NCBI GenBank assembly: GCA_963748625.1
Contig: CAVVJT010000007.1
Coordinates: 608,001-672,000 of the forward strand
DNA from: an uncultured Chloroflexia bacterium
Lineage (GTDB): Bacteria > Chloroflexota > Limnocylindria > Limnocylindrales > CSP1-4
Length of the DNA: 64,000 bases
Direction: 5' to 3'
Shown: positions 1 through 10,618 of the stretch, in pieces
How positions within the stretch are numbered: the first letter of the stretch is position 1
Layout: each line of letters starts with the position of its first letter
Made by a program: the position numbers and the translations under genes
Notes under the pieces: generated by a model
What the model saw: only the letters and a program-made list of their open reading frames with translations
Told to the model about the DNA's origin: nothing
The model's database searches: none

Positions 1-30
1 CGACGGGCGCCACGTGGGGAAGGTCAGCCG

Positions 31-1170
31 TTGGTGACACCGGTCCGCGAAACGACCGCCGGCGCGGCGCGGGAGGCGGCGGACGTCCGCCTGGAGGACC
101 TCCGCAAGCGCTTCGGCGATGTCGATGCTGTCGATGGGGTCTCGCTGGAGATCCACGCCGGCGAGTTCTTCTCGCTGCTGGGACCATCGGGCTGCGGCAA
201 GACCACCACCCTGCGGATGATCGGCGGGTTCGAGCTCCCGACATCCGGACGGATCCTGCTGCGCGGCAAGGACATCACCAGTGCCCCGCCCGAGAAGCGG
301 CCGGTCAACATGGTGTTCCAGAGCTACGCGCTGTTTCCGCACCTGTCGGTCTTCGAGAATGTCGCCTTCGGCCTCAAGCGGCGCCGGACCGAGGCCTCCG
401 AGATCACCCGCCGCGTGGGGGAGGCGCTCGAGCTGGTGCGCCTCGGCGGGTTCGGGACGCGCAAGCCCGACCAGCTCTCGGGCGGCCAGCAGCAGCGCGT
501 CGCGCTGGCCCGGGCGCTGGTCTGCGAACCCACCGTGCTCCTGCTGGACGAGCCGCTCGGCGCGCTCGACCTCAAGCTGCGCCGCCAGCTCCAGGTGGAG
601 CTCAAACGGGTCCAGCTCGAGGTGGGCATCACGTTCATCTACGTGACCCACGACCAGGAGGAGGCCCTCGCCCTCTCCGACCGGATCGCCGTCATGAACC
701 AGGGGCGCGTGGAGCAGCTGGGCACGCCCGAGGACCTGTACGACAACCCGAGCACCCTGTTCGTCGCGGGCTTCATCGGCTCCACCAACCTGCTGCCGGG
801 CACGGTGGAGGCCGTCGCCGACGGGATCGCCACCGTGCTGCTCGCAGACGGCTCGCGGTGCCATGCCCGCACCACCGGGCCCGGGCCTGGCGCTGCCGTC
901 GATGTTGCCGTGCGTCCGGAGGCCATCACGGTCGTCGGCGAACGTGACGGCACACGACCCCTGGTCGAGGCGACGGTCCTCCAGAGCGCCTACCTCGGCA
1001 CGTCCGTGAGCCACCAGGTGCGCACCACCCCCGGATCCCTGATCACCGTCCTCACACCCCGCACCGGCGAGCGGCCGGCCATCGGCGACACGGTCCACCT
1101 TGCGTGGCGCCCCGCTGATGCCCTGGCCATCGCCCGGTCCACCGGCCCCGACCAGGAGGAGTCGAAGTGA
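31..1170 (+). CDS. potA: Polyamine-type ABC transporter ATP-binding subunit
   Basis: Walker A GPSGCGKT, signature LSGGQQQ, Walker B LLLDEP, C-terminal TOBE-like region. Confidence 0.9.
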   Translation: MVTPVRETTAGAAREAADVRLEDLRKRFGDVDAVDGVSLEIHAGEFFSLLGPSGCGKTTTLRMIGGFELPTSGRILLRGKDITSAPPEKRPVNMVFQSYALFPHLSVFENVAFGLKRRRTEASEITRRVGEALELVRLGGFGTRKPDQLSGGQQQRVALARALVCEPTVLLLDEPLGALDLKLRRQLQVELKRVQLEVGITFIYVTHDQEEALALSDRIAVMNQGRVEQLGTPEDLYDNPSTLFVAGFIGSTNLLPGTVEAVADGIATVLLADGSRCHARTTGPGPGAAVDVAVRPEAITVVGERDGTRPLVEATVLQSAYLGTSVSHQVRTTPGSLITVLTPRTGERPAIGDTVHLAWRPADALAIARSTGPDQEESK

Positions 1171-2366
1171 GCGAGCTGCACCGTTCCCGTCCGCCCCGGT
1201 ACCCGCTGTCCCGCCGCGCCCTGCTGCGAGGCATGGCCGCCGGTGGCGCCGCCCTGGGGCTCGGCGCCGTGGCCGCAGCATGTGGAGGGGCTGCCGCGCC
1301 GACCGCCGCTCCGGCCACCCAGCCGCCCGCGACCGCCGGCGGCGCCACCCCGGCCCCGGGCGGCGAGGCCACCCCCGTCCCGGCGACGCCCGTCCCGGAG
1401 CCCGAGGGCGAGCTCTACATCTACAACTGGGCCGACTACATCGGCGAGGACACGATCTCGCGCTTCGAGGACGCGACGGGGATCAAGGTCACCTACGACT
1501 TCTTTGACAACATCGACACGATGCTGGCCAAGGTGGGCAACGGCAACAGCGGCTACGACGTGACGTTCCCCACCAGCATCAACGTGGGCCCGATGCAGGC
1601 GCGCAACCTCCTCGAGCCCCTGGACCACTCGCTCCTGCCCAACCTCGCGAACCTCGCGCCGGAGTGGCAGAACCCGTCCTACGACCCGGGCAACGCCATG
1701 TCCGCGCCCTACATGTGGTGGACCACGGGACTCGCCTACGACACCGAGAAGGTCGCGTCCGAGCTGACCTCCTGGGCCGCGCTCTGGGATCCCCAGTACA
1801 AGGGCAAGATGGCGATGCTCGACGACTACCGCGAGGTGTTCAGCGCCGCCCTCATCCGGCTCGGGTACGACATCAACACCGTCGACGACGGCCAGCTCGA
1901 CGAGGCGCTCGCGCTCCTCCAGGAGCAGAAGCCGCTCCTGCGCACCTACACGACCGACGACATCGGGGCGCTCTCCTCGGGCGATGTCCACGTCATGCAC
2001 GCCTGGAGCGGCGACGTCTACCAGGTGACCCCGGATCGCCCGTCCGTCGTCTACACGATCCCCACCGAGGGCGGCGTCCGGGGCTCGGACACCATGGTCA
2101 TCCTGGCCAACGCCCCCCACCCGGTTGCCGCGCACGCGTTCATCAACTTCATGCTCGACGGCGAGGTCGCCGCGGGCAACACGAACTACATCGGCTACAT
2201 GGGGCCCAACGAGGCCGCCAAGCAGTACATCGACCCGGCGATCCTGGCGGACCCGACCGTCAACCCGCCCGCCGACGTCATCGCCACGCTGGACGAGATC
2301 CTGGACCTCGGGCCGGACGAGGTGAAGTACACCGAGCGCTGGACGAAGCTCCGGGCAGGCGCGTAG
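1167..2366 (+). CDS. potD: Polyamine-type ABC substrate-binding lipoprotein (Tat signal)
   Basis: SRRALL Tat motif, AAAC lipobox, LYIYNWADYI and PYMWWTTG PotD motifs; GTGA overlap with potA. Confidence 0.88.
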   Translation: MSELHRSRPPRYPLSRRALLRGMAAGGAALGLGAVAAACGGAAAPTAAPATQPPATAGGATPAPGGEATPVPATPVPEPEGELYIYNWADYIGEDTISRFEDATGIKVTYDFFDNIDTMLAKVGNGNSGYDVTFPTSINVGPMQARNLLEPLDHSLLPNLANLAPEWQNPSYDPGNAMSAPYMWWTTGLAYDTEKVASELTSWAALWDPQYKGKMAMLDDYREVFSAALIRLGYDINTVDDGQLDEALALLQEQKPLLRTYTTDDIGALSSGDVHVMHAWSGDVYQVTPDRPSVVYTIPTEGGVRGSDTMVILANAPHPVAAHAFINFMLDGEVAAGNTNYIGYMGPNEAAKQYIDPAILADPTVNPPADVIATLDEILDLGPDEVKYTERWTKLRAGA

Positions 2367-2417
2367 CGGCGCGGCCAGGCGGCGCGGACGGCGCACGACA
2401 CGGCGGGAGGCGGCGGC

Positions 2418-3260
2418 ATGCAGCGCAGCCGGCGGGGCGACGCGGCCCTGGTGGTGCCCGGGCTCGGGTGGCTGCTGGTCTTCTTCGCCCTGCCGCTCGC
2501 GATCATCTTCGTCGTCAGCCTGGGCCAGCGTGACCAGTACGGCGGCGTCCTGTTCGACAACCTCTCCCTCCAGGCCTACCTGCGGGCGCTGGAGCCGGAC
2601 TTCCTGCCCACCGTCCTCAACTCGTTCAAGTACGCGTTCGCCACCACGGTCCTCGCGATCCTGGTGTCCTACCCGATGGCGTACTGGATCAGCCGCTACG
2701 GCGGCCGCCACAAGGCCCTGCTGCTGGTCCTCGTGATGCTGCCGTTCTGGACGAGCTGGGTCATCCGGACCTACGCGTGGATGATCCTGCTGCGCGACAA
2801 CGGCGTGGTGAACGGGGTCCTGGGCCTCGTCGGGATCGGGCCGTTCCAGATGCTGAACACGGACATGTCCGTGATCTTCGGCATGACGTACGGGTTCCTG
2901 CCCTTCACGATCCTGCCGCTGTACGTCGCCATCGACCGCGTGGACACGAACCTGGTGGCCGCCGCGCGCGACCTGTACGCGAGCGGGCGCCAGGCGTTCA
3001 TCCACGTGACGCTGCCGCTCACCAGGCCGGGCATCGTGGCCGCCGCCATCCTGACCTTCATCCCCACCCTGGGCGACTACGTGACCCCGGACCTGCTCGG
3101 CGGTGCCCAGACCACGACGGTGGCCAAGGTCATCCAGAGCCTGTTCCTCTCGTCGAAGGACTGGCCGTTCGGGGCGGCCCTAGGCTTCCTGATGATCGTG
3201 CTCACCGTCGTGGGCACCGTGGCCGGCCTGCGCTTCCTGCGCCAGGAGGTGCTGGGCTGA
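2418..3260 (+). CDS. potB: ABC permease, PotB-like
   Basis: TM helices, LPFWTS..IRTYAW motif, AAARDL EAA-like loop. Confidence 0.88.
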   Translation: MQRSRRGDAALVVPGLGWLLVFFALPLAIIFVVSLGQRDQYGGVLFDNLSLQAYLRALEPDFLPTVLNSFKYAFATTVLAILVSYPMAYWISRYGGRHKALLLVLVMLPFWTSWVIRTYAWMILLRDNGVVNGVLGLVGIGPFQMLNTDMSVIFGMTYGFLPFTILPLYVAIDRVDTNLVAAARDLYASGRQAFIHVTLPLTRPGIVAAAILTFIPTLGDYVTPDLLGGAQTTTVAKVIQSLFLSSKDWPFGAALGFLMIVLTVVGTVAGLRFLRQEVLG

Positions 3261-4072
3261 TGCAGTCCCGCGGCTCCCCGTTCCTGCGCCTGTACGCCTG
3301 GATCGTCTACATCGTCCTGTTCGCGCCGATCGTGGTGCTGATCCTGTTCAGCTTCAACGACTCCAAGCGCAACTTCGTCTGGCGCGGCTTCACGCTCAAG
3401 TGGTACCCGACCCTGTTCGAGAACGACGCCCTGCTTGCGGCCCTCGGGGTCACGCTGCAGGTCGCGCTGATCTCGGTCGTCCTCACCACGATCATCGGGA
3501 CGCTCCTGGGGCTGGGCCTCGCCCGGCTGCGGCAGACCCGGGCATCAGGCGCTGCCGACACCCTGATCCTGCTCCCGATGGTGACACCCGAGATCGTCAT
3601 GGGCGTGAGCCTGCTGCTGTTCTTCGCGCTCGTGTTCAACGCGAACGGCTCGCTGCTCCAGATCGCGGTGTCCCACGTCGCGTTCTCGATCAGCTACGTG
3701 ACGATCGTGGTCCGCTCGAGGGCCGTATCGCTCGACCCGCGGATGGAGGAGGCCGCCCGGGACCTGGGCGCCTCGCCGATCGCGACGTTCCGGTTCGTCA
3801 CGCTGCCGCTGATCGCGCCGGCGGTCGTATCGGGGGCGATCCTCGCGTTCGCCCTCTCGTTCGACGACCTGATCATCACGTCCTTCAACGCGGGGGTCGG
3901 ATCATCCACGCTGCCGCTCTACATCTACTCCCGGATCAAGTTCGGCGTGACCCCGGAGATCAACGCGATCTCCACGATCGTGGTCGTCGCCACGACGATC
4001 GCGGTCCTCGTGGCCACGCGCACCAACGCCCGCCGCGCGCGGAGCAAGCCGCTGGAGGAGAGACCACGATGA
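3260..4072 (+). CDS. potC: ABC permease, PotC-like
   Basis: ATG overlaps upstream TGA; EEAARDLGA, LSFDD, TLPLYIY motifs. Confidence 0.88.
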   Translation: MQSRGSPFLRLYAWIVYIVLFAPIVVLILFSFNDSKRNFVWRGFTLKWYPTLFENDALLAALGVTLQVALISVVLTTIIGTLLGLGLARLRQTRASGAADTLILLPMVTPEIVMGVSLLLFFALVFNANGSLLQIAVSHVAFSISYVTIVVRSRAVSLDPRMEEAARDLGASPIATFRFVTLPLIAPAVVSGAILAFALSFDDLIITSFNAGVGSSTLPLYIYSRIKFGVTPEINAISTIVVVATTIAVLVATRTNARRARSKPLEERPR

Positions 4073-5535
4073 CCGAGGCGACCGCTCCCTGGAGCACGAC
4101 GCCACCGCTTGAGCCGATCCGCACGACGCGCCGTGTGCGCTTCCTCGAGGACGAGCAGTTGGACCGGCTGCGCGAGGCGACGCTCCACGTCCTCGAGACC
4201 GTGGGCGTGAAGTTCCCCAACGAGCGGTCGCTGGAGATCCTCGCCTCGGGCGGCTGCCACGTGGACCGGGCCACCCAGGTCGTCAGGTTCCCGCGCGACG
4301 TCGTGATGCGCGCGATGGCAACGGTGCCTCGAACGTTCACGATGGCCGCCCGCAACCCCGACTTCGACCTCCACCTCGAGGAGGGCACGTCCTACTACAC
4401 GCTCGACGGGTGCGGCGTCGCGGCGATCGACCCGGAGACCCGCGAGGAGCGCCCGTCGCGCAAGTCCGACCTGGAGGCGCAGGCGCGCGTCGCCGACTGG
4501 CTGCCCGGCATCGGCTTCGTCTGGCCCACGGTCTCCGCCCAGGACTACGGGCGGACAAGCCAGCTCCACGAGATCGACGCGGTCTACAACAACTCGGTCA
4601 AGCACTTCCAGGCCATGGTCATGGGTGAGGAGGCGGCGCGATTCGCCGTCGAGATGGCCACCGTCGTGGCAGGTTCGGCCGAGGCCTTGCGCGCCCGCCC
4701 CGTGCTGTCCAACTTGGTGTGCTCGGTCGCGCCGCTGGCCCAGGACCACGCGGGCCTCGAGTCGGCCCTGGTCATGGCCGAGGCCGGGATCCCGGTGGGC
4801 ATCCTGTCCATGCCGACCCTGGGCACGACGGCGCCCGCGACGTCGGCGGGGGCACTGGTCGTGGGCGACGCCGAGTGCATCTCGGGGATCGTGCTGCTCC
4901 AGCTCGCCTACCCGGGCACGCCGGTCTTCCACTCGATCATGAAGGCCTACGCGGACCCGCGCACCGGGATCTACGTGGGCTATTCGCTGAACTCCGGGAC
5001 CGCCCGCTACGCGCCCACCGAGATCGCGCACCACTGGGGCGTGCCGTCGATGGCGGCATGCTTCGGGACCGACTCCCCGCTGCCGGGGACGTGGCTGGCA
5101 GCCTCCGACGTCGCCCATGACCCCGTGCTGGGCGGGCTCTCCGGGGCAGAGCTGGTCACCGGGATCGGGCTCGACCGGACGTACACGCTGCTCACGCCCG
5201 AGGGCATCTTCCTCGACTACGAGCTCTACCAGCGCGCCCGGTACGCGCTCCAGGCCCTCGACGTGTCCGACGAGACGCTGGCGCTCGACGTCATCGCGGA
5301 CGTGGGTCCCGCCAACCACTATCTCGCCGAGGAGCACACCCGCAAGCACATGAAGCACGCGCTGGTGCGCGGGCTCGAGCACGATCTCGTGGGCAGCAAG
5401 TACCGCGACCCGATCGAGGTGGCCCGCGAGCGGGCGGCCTGGGTGCGCGCGAACCACCGCCCCGAGCCGCTGGGCGCGGCGGAGCAGGCCGAGCTGGGCC
5501 GGATCCTGGAGGTCGCGCGGGCCGCGCTGGGGTAG
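4069..5535 (+). CDS. Trimethylamine methyltransferase (MttB) family protein, non-pyrrolysine
   Basis: ATGA overlap with potC; LHVLETVGV..VRFP..F..ARNP N-terminus, TAPAT.AG, LALDVI..VGP...L; no in-frame amber. Confidence 0.85.
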   Translation: MTEATAPWSTTPPLEPIRTTRRVRFLEDEQLDRLREATLHVLETVGVKFPNERSLEILASGGCHVDRATQVVRFPRDVVMRAMATVPRTFTMAARNPDFDLHLEEGTSYYTLDGCGVAAIDPETREERPSRKSDLEAQARVADWLPGIGFVWPTVSAQDYGRTSQLHEIDAVYNNSVKHFQAMVMGEEAARFAVEMATVVAGSAEALRARPVLSNLVCSVAPLAQDHAGLESALVMAEAGIPVGILSMPTLGTTAPATSAGALVVGDAECISGIVLLQLAYPGTPVFHSIMKAYADPRTGIYVGYSLNSGTARYAPTEIAHHWGVPSMAACFGTDSPLPGTWLAASDVAHDPVLGGLSGAELVTGIGLDRTYTLLTPEGIFLDYELYQRARYALQALDVSDETLALDVIADVGPANHYLAEEHTRKHMKHALVRGLEHDLVGSKYRDPIEVARERAAWVRANHRPEPLGAAEQAELGRILEVARAALG

Positions 5536-5671
5536 GGTCTCGTTCGGGGTAGGGCCTCGTTCGGCGGGTCGTCGTTCCGCGACGGCGGCCCTCGTTCCGC
5601 CATGCCCCGGCGCGAACCGAGAGAACCAGCGGCGTTGCGCTGATCGTTGCGCCGATCGTTGCGCGGTGGAG

Positions 5672-5769
5672 TGGCGGGAGCGCATGGGAGTCGAACCCAC
5701 CGCGCGACGCCGGGCGCCGCGCCGGACGGTTTTGAAGACCGCGAGGGGCACCGGCCCCTACCCGCTCCC
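5672..5769 (-). tRNA. selC: tRNA-Sec (anticodon UCA)
   Basis: Minus strand: anticodon loop CTTCAAA, 6-bp D-stem AGGGGC/GCCCCT, long variable arm, GTGGG-TTCGACT-CCCAT T arm, GCCA end; adjacent to selD. Confidence 0.95.
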
Positions 5770-5845
5770 CCGTGCAGATGGCGACGATACCGCGCGGACT
5801 GCGAACGCGGGCCGTGCCGCGGGCCTGACCCGTATGATCCCGGCC

Positions 5846-6961
5846 ATGACGACGCGCCCCGACGGTCCCGACCTCGCCGACATCCCGCCCATCCGCCTGA
5901 CCGAGATGACCGAGTGCGGCGGCTGTGCCGCGAAGCTGGGCGCCGACCTCCTGGCCGCAGCGCTCGCGGGGATCGGCGCGGCCGGGGGCGGCGCGGATGG
6001 CGGGGCGGCGGGTGGTGGCGTGCCCGACCCGGACCTGATCGCCGGGCTCGACCCGCCCGACGATGCGGCGGCGTATCGCGTGGCCCCGGATCTCGCGGTG
6101 ATCGGGACGCTGGACTTCTTCCCGCCCCTGGTGGACGACCCGGTCGCCTACGGCGAGATCGCCGCGGCGAACGCCCTGTCCGACGTGTTCGCGATGGGCG
6201 GACGGGTCCTCTTCGCGCTCTCGATCGCGGCGTTCCCGGAGGACTTCCCGAGCGATGCGCTTGCCGCGGTCTTCGGGGCAGCCGCGGCGAAGGTCCGCGA
6301 GGCGGGCGGCGTGCTGGCGGGCGGCCACACGATCCGCGATCCCGAGCCGAAGTACGGCCTCGCCGTGATCGGAGTGGCCCACCCCGATCGTCTGTTCCGC
6401 AAGGGCGGCGCCCGTCCCGGCGACGTGCTGCTGCTGACCAAGCGGCTCGGGACAGGGTTCCTGGTGAGCGGCCGCCGCTCGGGGAAGACGACGGATGCGC
6501 AGCTCGACGCCGCGATCGCGCAGATGCGGACGCTCAACCGCGCCGCGGCCGAGGTGCTTGCGGGGCACGATGTCCGCGGAGCGACCGACGTGACGGGGTT
6601 CGGGCTGCTGGGCCACGGCCTCGAGATGGCCCGCGCGTCCGGTGCGCGGCTCGTGTTCCACGCAGCCGATCTGCCGGCGCTCGACGGTGCTCTCGACCTG
6701 GCGCGGGCCGGCGTGGAGACCGGCGGCGCAGGGCACAACCGGCGGTTCACCGCACCGGCGCTCGCGGTTGGCGCCGGGGTGGCACCGGAGCTGGTGGCGC
6801 TCGCCCACGATCCGCAGACGTCGGGCGGGCTCCTCGCCGCCGTCCCTGCCGCCGATGCACGGAGTGTCATCGCGGACCTGGGTGCGGCAGGCGTGGAAGC
6901 GTGGCAGATCGGGCACGTCGAGGATGCGCTCAACGGCGTGCCCGGCGTGGCCCTCAGCTAG
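5846..6961 (+). CDS. selD: Selenide, water dikinase (Cys form)
   Basis: LTEMTECGGCAAK, DDAAAY, TLDFFPP, ANALSDVFAMGG, TDVTGFGLLGH, DPQTSGGLL; start placed after the tRNA (5834 also possible). Confidence 0.95.
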   Translation: MTTRPDGPDLADIPPIRLTEMTECGGCAAKLGADLLAAALAGIGAAGGGADGGAAGGGVPDPDLIAGLDPPDDAAAYRVAPDLAVIGTLDFFPPLVDDPVAYGEIAAANALSDVFAMGGRVLFALSIAAFPEDFPSDALAAVFGAAAAKVREAGGVLAGGHTIRDPEPKYGLAVIGVAHPDRLFRKGGARPGDVLLLTKRLGTGFLVSGRRSGKTTDAQLDAAIAQMRTLNRAAAEVLAGHDVRGATDVTGFGLLGHGLEMARASGARLVFHAADLPALDGALDLARAGVETGGAGHNRRFTAPALAVGAGVAPELVALAHDPQTSGGLLAAVPAADARSVIADLGAAGVEAWQIGHVEDALNGVPGVALS

Positions 6962-6975
6962 CCCTGCACCCTCGG

Positions 6976-7269
6976 TCAGCCCTGCTCGAAGGTCCCGTCC
7001 ATCCAGTCCGGATCGTCGACAAGGAGGGCCCGTAGCGCGAGGTACCGCTGGTGCTGCTCCGGGCTGTCCGCGTTGGCCCGGTAGCTCGCGGCATCGGCGA
7101 AGACCGCCACCAGGAAGGCGGTCTCCTTCCCGTAGGGATCCTGGTCGGGCTTGAACAGGTAGCTGGCGAGGAACCCCGGGACCTGGAATTCGCTGAAGTG
7201 CTCGCCGTAGGCCACGAGCTCCTCGTAGCGGCCGGGCTGGGGATGGAGTCGAGCGATCGAGCCGTACAT
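6976..7269 (-). CDS. Small dimeric alpha/beta-barrel (ABM monooxygenase-like) protein
   Basis: 97 aa, AAGGAGG RBS upstream, ABM-like pattern (MYGSIARL..PG...PGF). Confidence 0.6.
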   Translation of the reverse strand: MYGSIARLHPQPGRYEELVAYGEHFSEFQVPGFLASYLFKPDQDPYGKETAFLVAVFADAASYRANADSPEQHQRYLALRALLVDDPDWMDGTFEQG

Positions 7270-7478
7270 GGTGGGACGCACCTCCTTGGCCGCGCAGCCT
7301 GCGCCGATCCACACGCCGCCACAAGCGACAAACGACGGCCCGCCAGGCTCCCACCGGGTCCGCCCGCGCGGCCCCGCGCGCGCTGGGCCACGGCCGGCCG
7401 GACCCCTATCCGGACAAGGATGGAATCGCCGATCAATCCGCGGAGGGACAGCTCCCGGGACTGGGCCAGGACCGGGGT

Positions 7479-8936
7479 CTACCCCTCCTGCAGCTCCGCG
7501 TCGGCGCGGGCGAGGATCGCCTCGATCGCGGCCAGCACGGACGGGTCCACGGGATCCACCACCGGCCCGTCGAGGATCGCCTTCACCCGCTCCCGGGCCC
7601 GCTCATACATTGACGGACGTCCCGCCGCGGCCCACGCGTCGTACGGCTGGCGCCCGACCAGGGAGGGCTCGTAGAACTCCCCGCTGCGCGACGCCGTCCG
7701 CGTGGACGGCTGGGCCAGGAAGTTGCCGCCCGGCCCCACCTCGGCGATGTCCTCGAACAGCTCAGCGCCGGCGCGCCCATCAACCCCGGCCGCGAGCCGG
7801 AGCGCCAGGTGCGCGAGCTCGTTGTCCACCAGGATCTGCTCCAGCACGAGCGTCTGGTCCCCGTCGAGCTCCCCGTACCCAACGATGATGTCGGCGCCCG
7901 CGGAGATGGACGGCAGCATCGTGAGCAGCTTCTCGATGCACGCCTCTGGCCCGATGTCGTGCGCATCCGTCGCGCACCCGGCCGCCATCGTCGGCAGCCC
8001 GTAGAACCGGCCCATCGTCGTGAGCGCTGCCGACTGGATCCCCATCTCGGGCGTGCCGGCCAGGAACGCGCCGGACCGGAAGTCCATCGAGCCCACGGCG
8101 GATCCGTACTGGATCGGCCGCCCCGGGTGGGCCAGCTGGAAGAGCACCACCGACGACAGCGCCTCGGCGTTCGCGAGCGCGATATTGCCCAGCAGGGAGC
8201 CCGGCCCCGTCGTCCCGGGCACGGGCATCGGCAGCACCGTCACCGGCACGTCCCACTCGCCAAGCTCGAGGTACGCGTCGAGCATCTCGCCGTCGTGCAC
8301 CAGCGGCGCCACCGGGCAGTACACCACCGACGCCAGGTGCCGCTCCCGGGCCGCCTCGCGCCCGCCCGCCAGCGCCTCCAGGATGGCCCCCAGGTACGAG
8401 GCCTGGTCGCGCCGGTGGAGCTCGTGCTGGCCGTGCTTCGAGAGCGTCGTGAGCATGGCCGCGAACTCGTGGAGCGGCCGCGAGGCGACGGGACGGTCGT
8501 TGGCCGCGACCGGCGGCCAGCCCATCACGGTGAGATCGCAGGCCTGGAAGACGCGCATCGCATCGACCGTGTCCTGCCTAGCCCATACCGGCGCTCGCCC
8601 GTCTCGAAGTCGCGCATGAAGGCCGCGGTGCCGTCCATGGCGAAGCGGGTGACGCCCGATGGCACCGGCGTAGTCGTACGCCGGATTGCGGGCGCCGAAC
8701 GTGAACGACCGCGGCGCCGACGCCACCGACCGCTCCACCAGCCGATCCGGCATTCGCACGAGCGCACCGGACGCCCCGCCTTCGGCCCTGGTCTCCACGA
8801 GCGCCCCCGCCTCCACCAGCATCGGCAGGGCCAGCTCGCCATGGACCCGGACCCCCACCTCCTCGAGGATCCGCAGCGACGCCTCGTGGACGCGCCCGAT
8901 CTCCGCCTGGGACAGGAACGCCGCCTCGTAGCGCAT
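7479..8936 (-). CDS. MttB-family methyltransferase; compensating frameshifts ~8580-8670
   Basis: VHEASLRILEEVGV, GARNP, GTTGPGSL, EVGPGGNFL; the DGT..RDFETGERR segment lies in another frame. Confidence 0.8.
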   Translation of the reverse strand: MRYEAAFLSQAEIGRVHEASLRILEEVGVRVHGELALPMLVEAGALVETRAEGGASGALVRMPDRLVERSVASAPRSFTFGARNPAYDYAGAIGRHPLRHGRHRGLHARLRDGRAPVWARQDTVDAMRVFQACDLTVMGWPPVAANDRPVASRPLHEFAAMLTTLSKHGQHELHRRDQASYLGAILEALAGGREAARERHLASVVYCPVAPLVHDGEMLDAYLELGEWDVPVTVLPMPVPGTTGPGSLLGNIALANAEALSSVVLFQLAHPGRPIQYGSAVGSMDFRSGAFLAGTPEMGIQSAALTTMGRFYGLPTMAAGCATDAHDIGPEACIEKLLTMLPSISAGADIIVGYGELDGDQTLVLEQILVDNELAHLALRLAAGVDGRAGAELFEDIAEVGPGGNFLAQPSTRTASRSGEFYEPSLVGRQPYDAWAAAGRPSMYERARERVKAILDGPVVDPVDPSVLAAIEAILARADAELQEG

Positions 8937-8940
8937 CGGA

Positions 8941-10388
8941 TCAGGCCTCCATCGACGCGTAGGCCGCCTGCTCGAGCCGGAGCAGCTCCTCCTCGACGCC
9001 GTCGGCGAAGGGCAGCGGCTCGTGCCCGTCGATCGCCGCGGCACACCTTCGAGCGGCACTCCTCGAGGATGTCCGGCCGGCCGGCCGCTTCGAACCGGTC
9101 CCAGGTCGAGTGCCAGCCGATGCCCGGGCAGCAGCCATTCACCGCCGCGCACGGCCGAGCGGGTCTCCACCCGCGAGAGGAAGTCGCCCACCGGACCCAC
9201 CTCCTCGAGCGCCGCCACCGGGTCCGTCTCGCCGGCCCCCAGCCCGATGCCCCGGTACAGCCGACGGCAGGAGCGGTAGATCTCCACGTCGAGCAGGTAG
9301 CTCTCCAGGCACAGCGTGGACGCGCCGCCCAGCGATCCCGGACCGATGACGATGTCCGGCCACGAGAGCACCGGCAGCATCCAGTTGATCGTGCGCTCGT
9401 AGGAGGCCTGGATCCCGGGCACGAAGTGGTCCGTGCCGCCGTTGGACGAGGTCACCGGCAGCCCGTAGAAGCGGCCCATCTCCGTGGCGGCCGCACCCAG
9501 CAGCGCGTGCTCCGGTCCGCCGCCCGCCCATCGACCCGACCGCGGTTCCATCGCGGCCAGCGCTGGACCGTAGATGACCGGTGTCCCGGGTTGCGCGGCC
9601 TGCACGAGGCAGATGGCGCCCAGGACCTCCGCGTTGCCCGACACGATCGTGGAGCGCAGGCCCGTCGGCGCCGAGGTGCCCATCATCGGCATCGGCATGA
9701 TGCAGATCGGGATGTCGTAGCCGACGGTGGCCAGGTAGGCGTCGGTGTGCTCCTGCTCCATCGCGAGCGGGCTGACCGGGCAGAACAGGACGCTGTACGG
9801 GTGCAGCTCGCGGATGCGCTCCTTCGAGCCGTAGATCGTCTCGAGCACCTGGATCAGCCAGGCGCCGTCGGCGGCGGTCGCGATCTCGTCCTGGATGTGC
9901 TTGCTGAAGAGGCCGTGGGCCTCCCGCCAATGGCGGACCGACGGGCCGGGGCCGCCCTCGCCGTCGACGCCGGAGGTCACCATGCGCCAGTAGGCGCCGA
10001 TGTCATCGATGGTGTCGGCCAGCCGTGTCGCGTTCGCCCAGTCGTCCCAGGTTGGCGCGCGGCGCTCGCCGGTCACCGGGTCGTAGACCATGGTGGTCTC
10101 GCCGTCCGGCATGAGCGTGCACTCGCCCTGGTTGAGGCGGACCGCGAAACCCTCGCGACGCGCCCCGAGGCTGAACTGCTTGGGCGAGGCGGCCAGCGAT
10201 GCCTCCACGAGCGAGCGCGGGAACCGGACGCGGCGCTCGCCCTCGTCCACCGTGGCGCCGGCGTCGCCAAGGATCCGCCGGGCCTGCTCTGAGTCGACGC
10301 GCATGCCCACGCGCTCGAGCGCCTGGAGCGACTGCTCGTGGATGCCGGCGATCTCGTCGTCGGTGAGGACTCGCAGCTGGGTCGGCAT
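8941..10388 (-). CDS. MttB-family methyltransferase; frameshifts near the C-terminus (~9045-9125)
   Basis: IHEQSLQALERVGM, VRFP, MGTSAPT, EEVGPVGDFL; C-terminus (GHEPLP..EEL) in other frames. Confidence 0.8.
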
Positions 10389-10618
10389 CGGGGCGGCTCC
10401 ACGGGGGTGGCTGGTGGCCATGGCAGGCGACGGACCGGACGCGCGCCGAGGCTAACATCGCGACCGGGGCGTCAGACGGCGCCGGACCGCTTGGTGAACC
10501 GGGCAATGCGTTGCCCGGGCTGGTGGCGGGACCCGGCTTGCGCTGGGTCCGACAACTTGCGCTGGGTCGGACAATTGGATCGTGCGTCCCGCTGGCGACA
10601 GCCCCTGGAGGTCCAGCG

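Noticed and set aside
990-3005. Long antisense and alternate-frame ORFs here and throughout the window
   Set aside because: Shadow ORFs typical of high-GC DNA; they overlap well-supported genes and have no recognisable motifs
5666-5845. N-terminal extension of SelD
   Set aside because: It overlaps tRNA-Sec on the opposite strand; SelD similarity starts near 5846
7479-10421. 980-aa ORF as a fused double MttB
   Set aside because: An artefact of frameshifts; a stop at 8941 and a start at 8936 with GGAGG RBS define two genes
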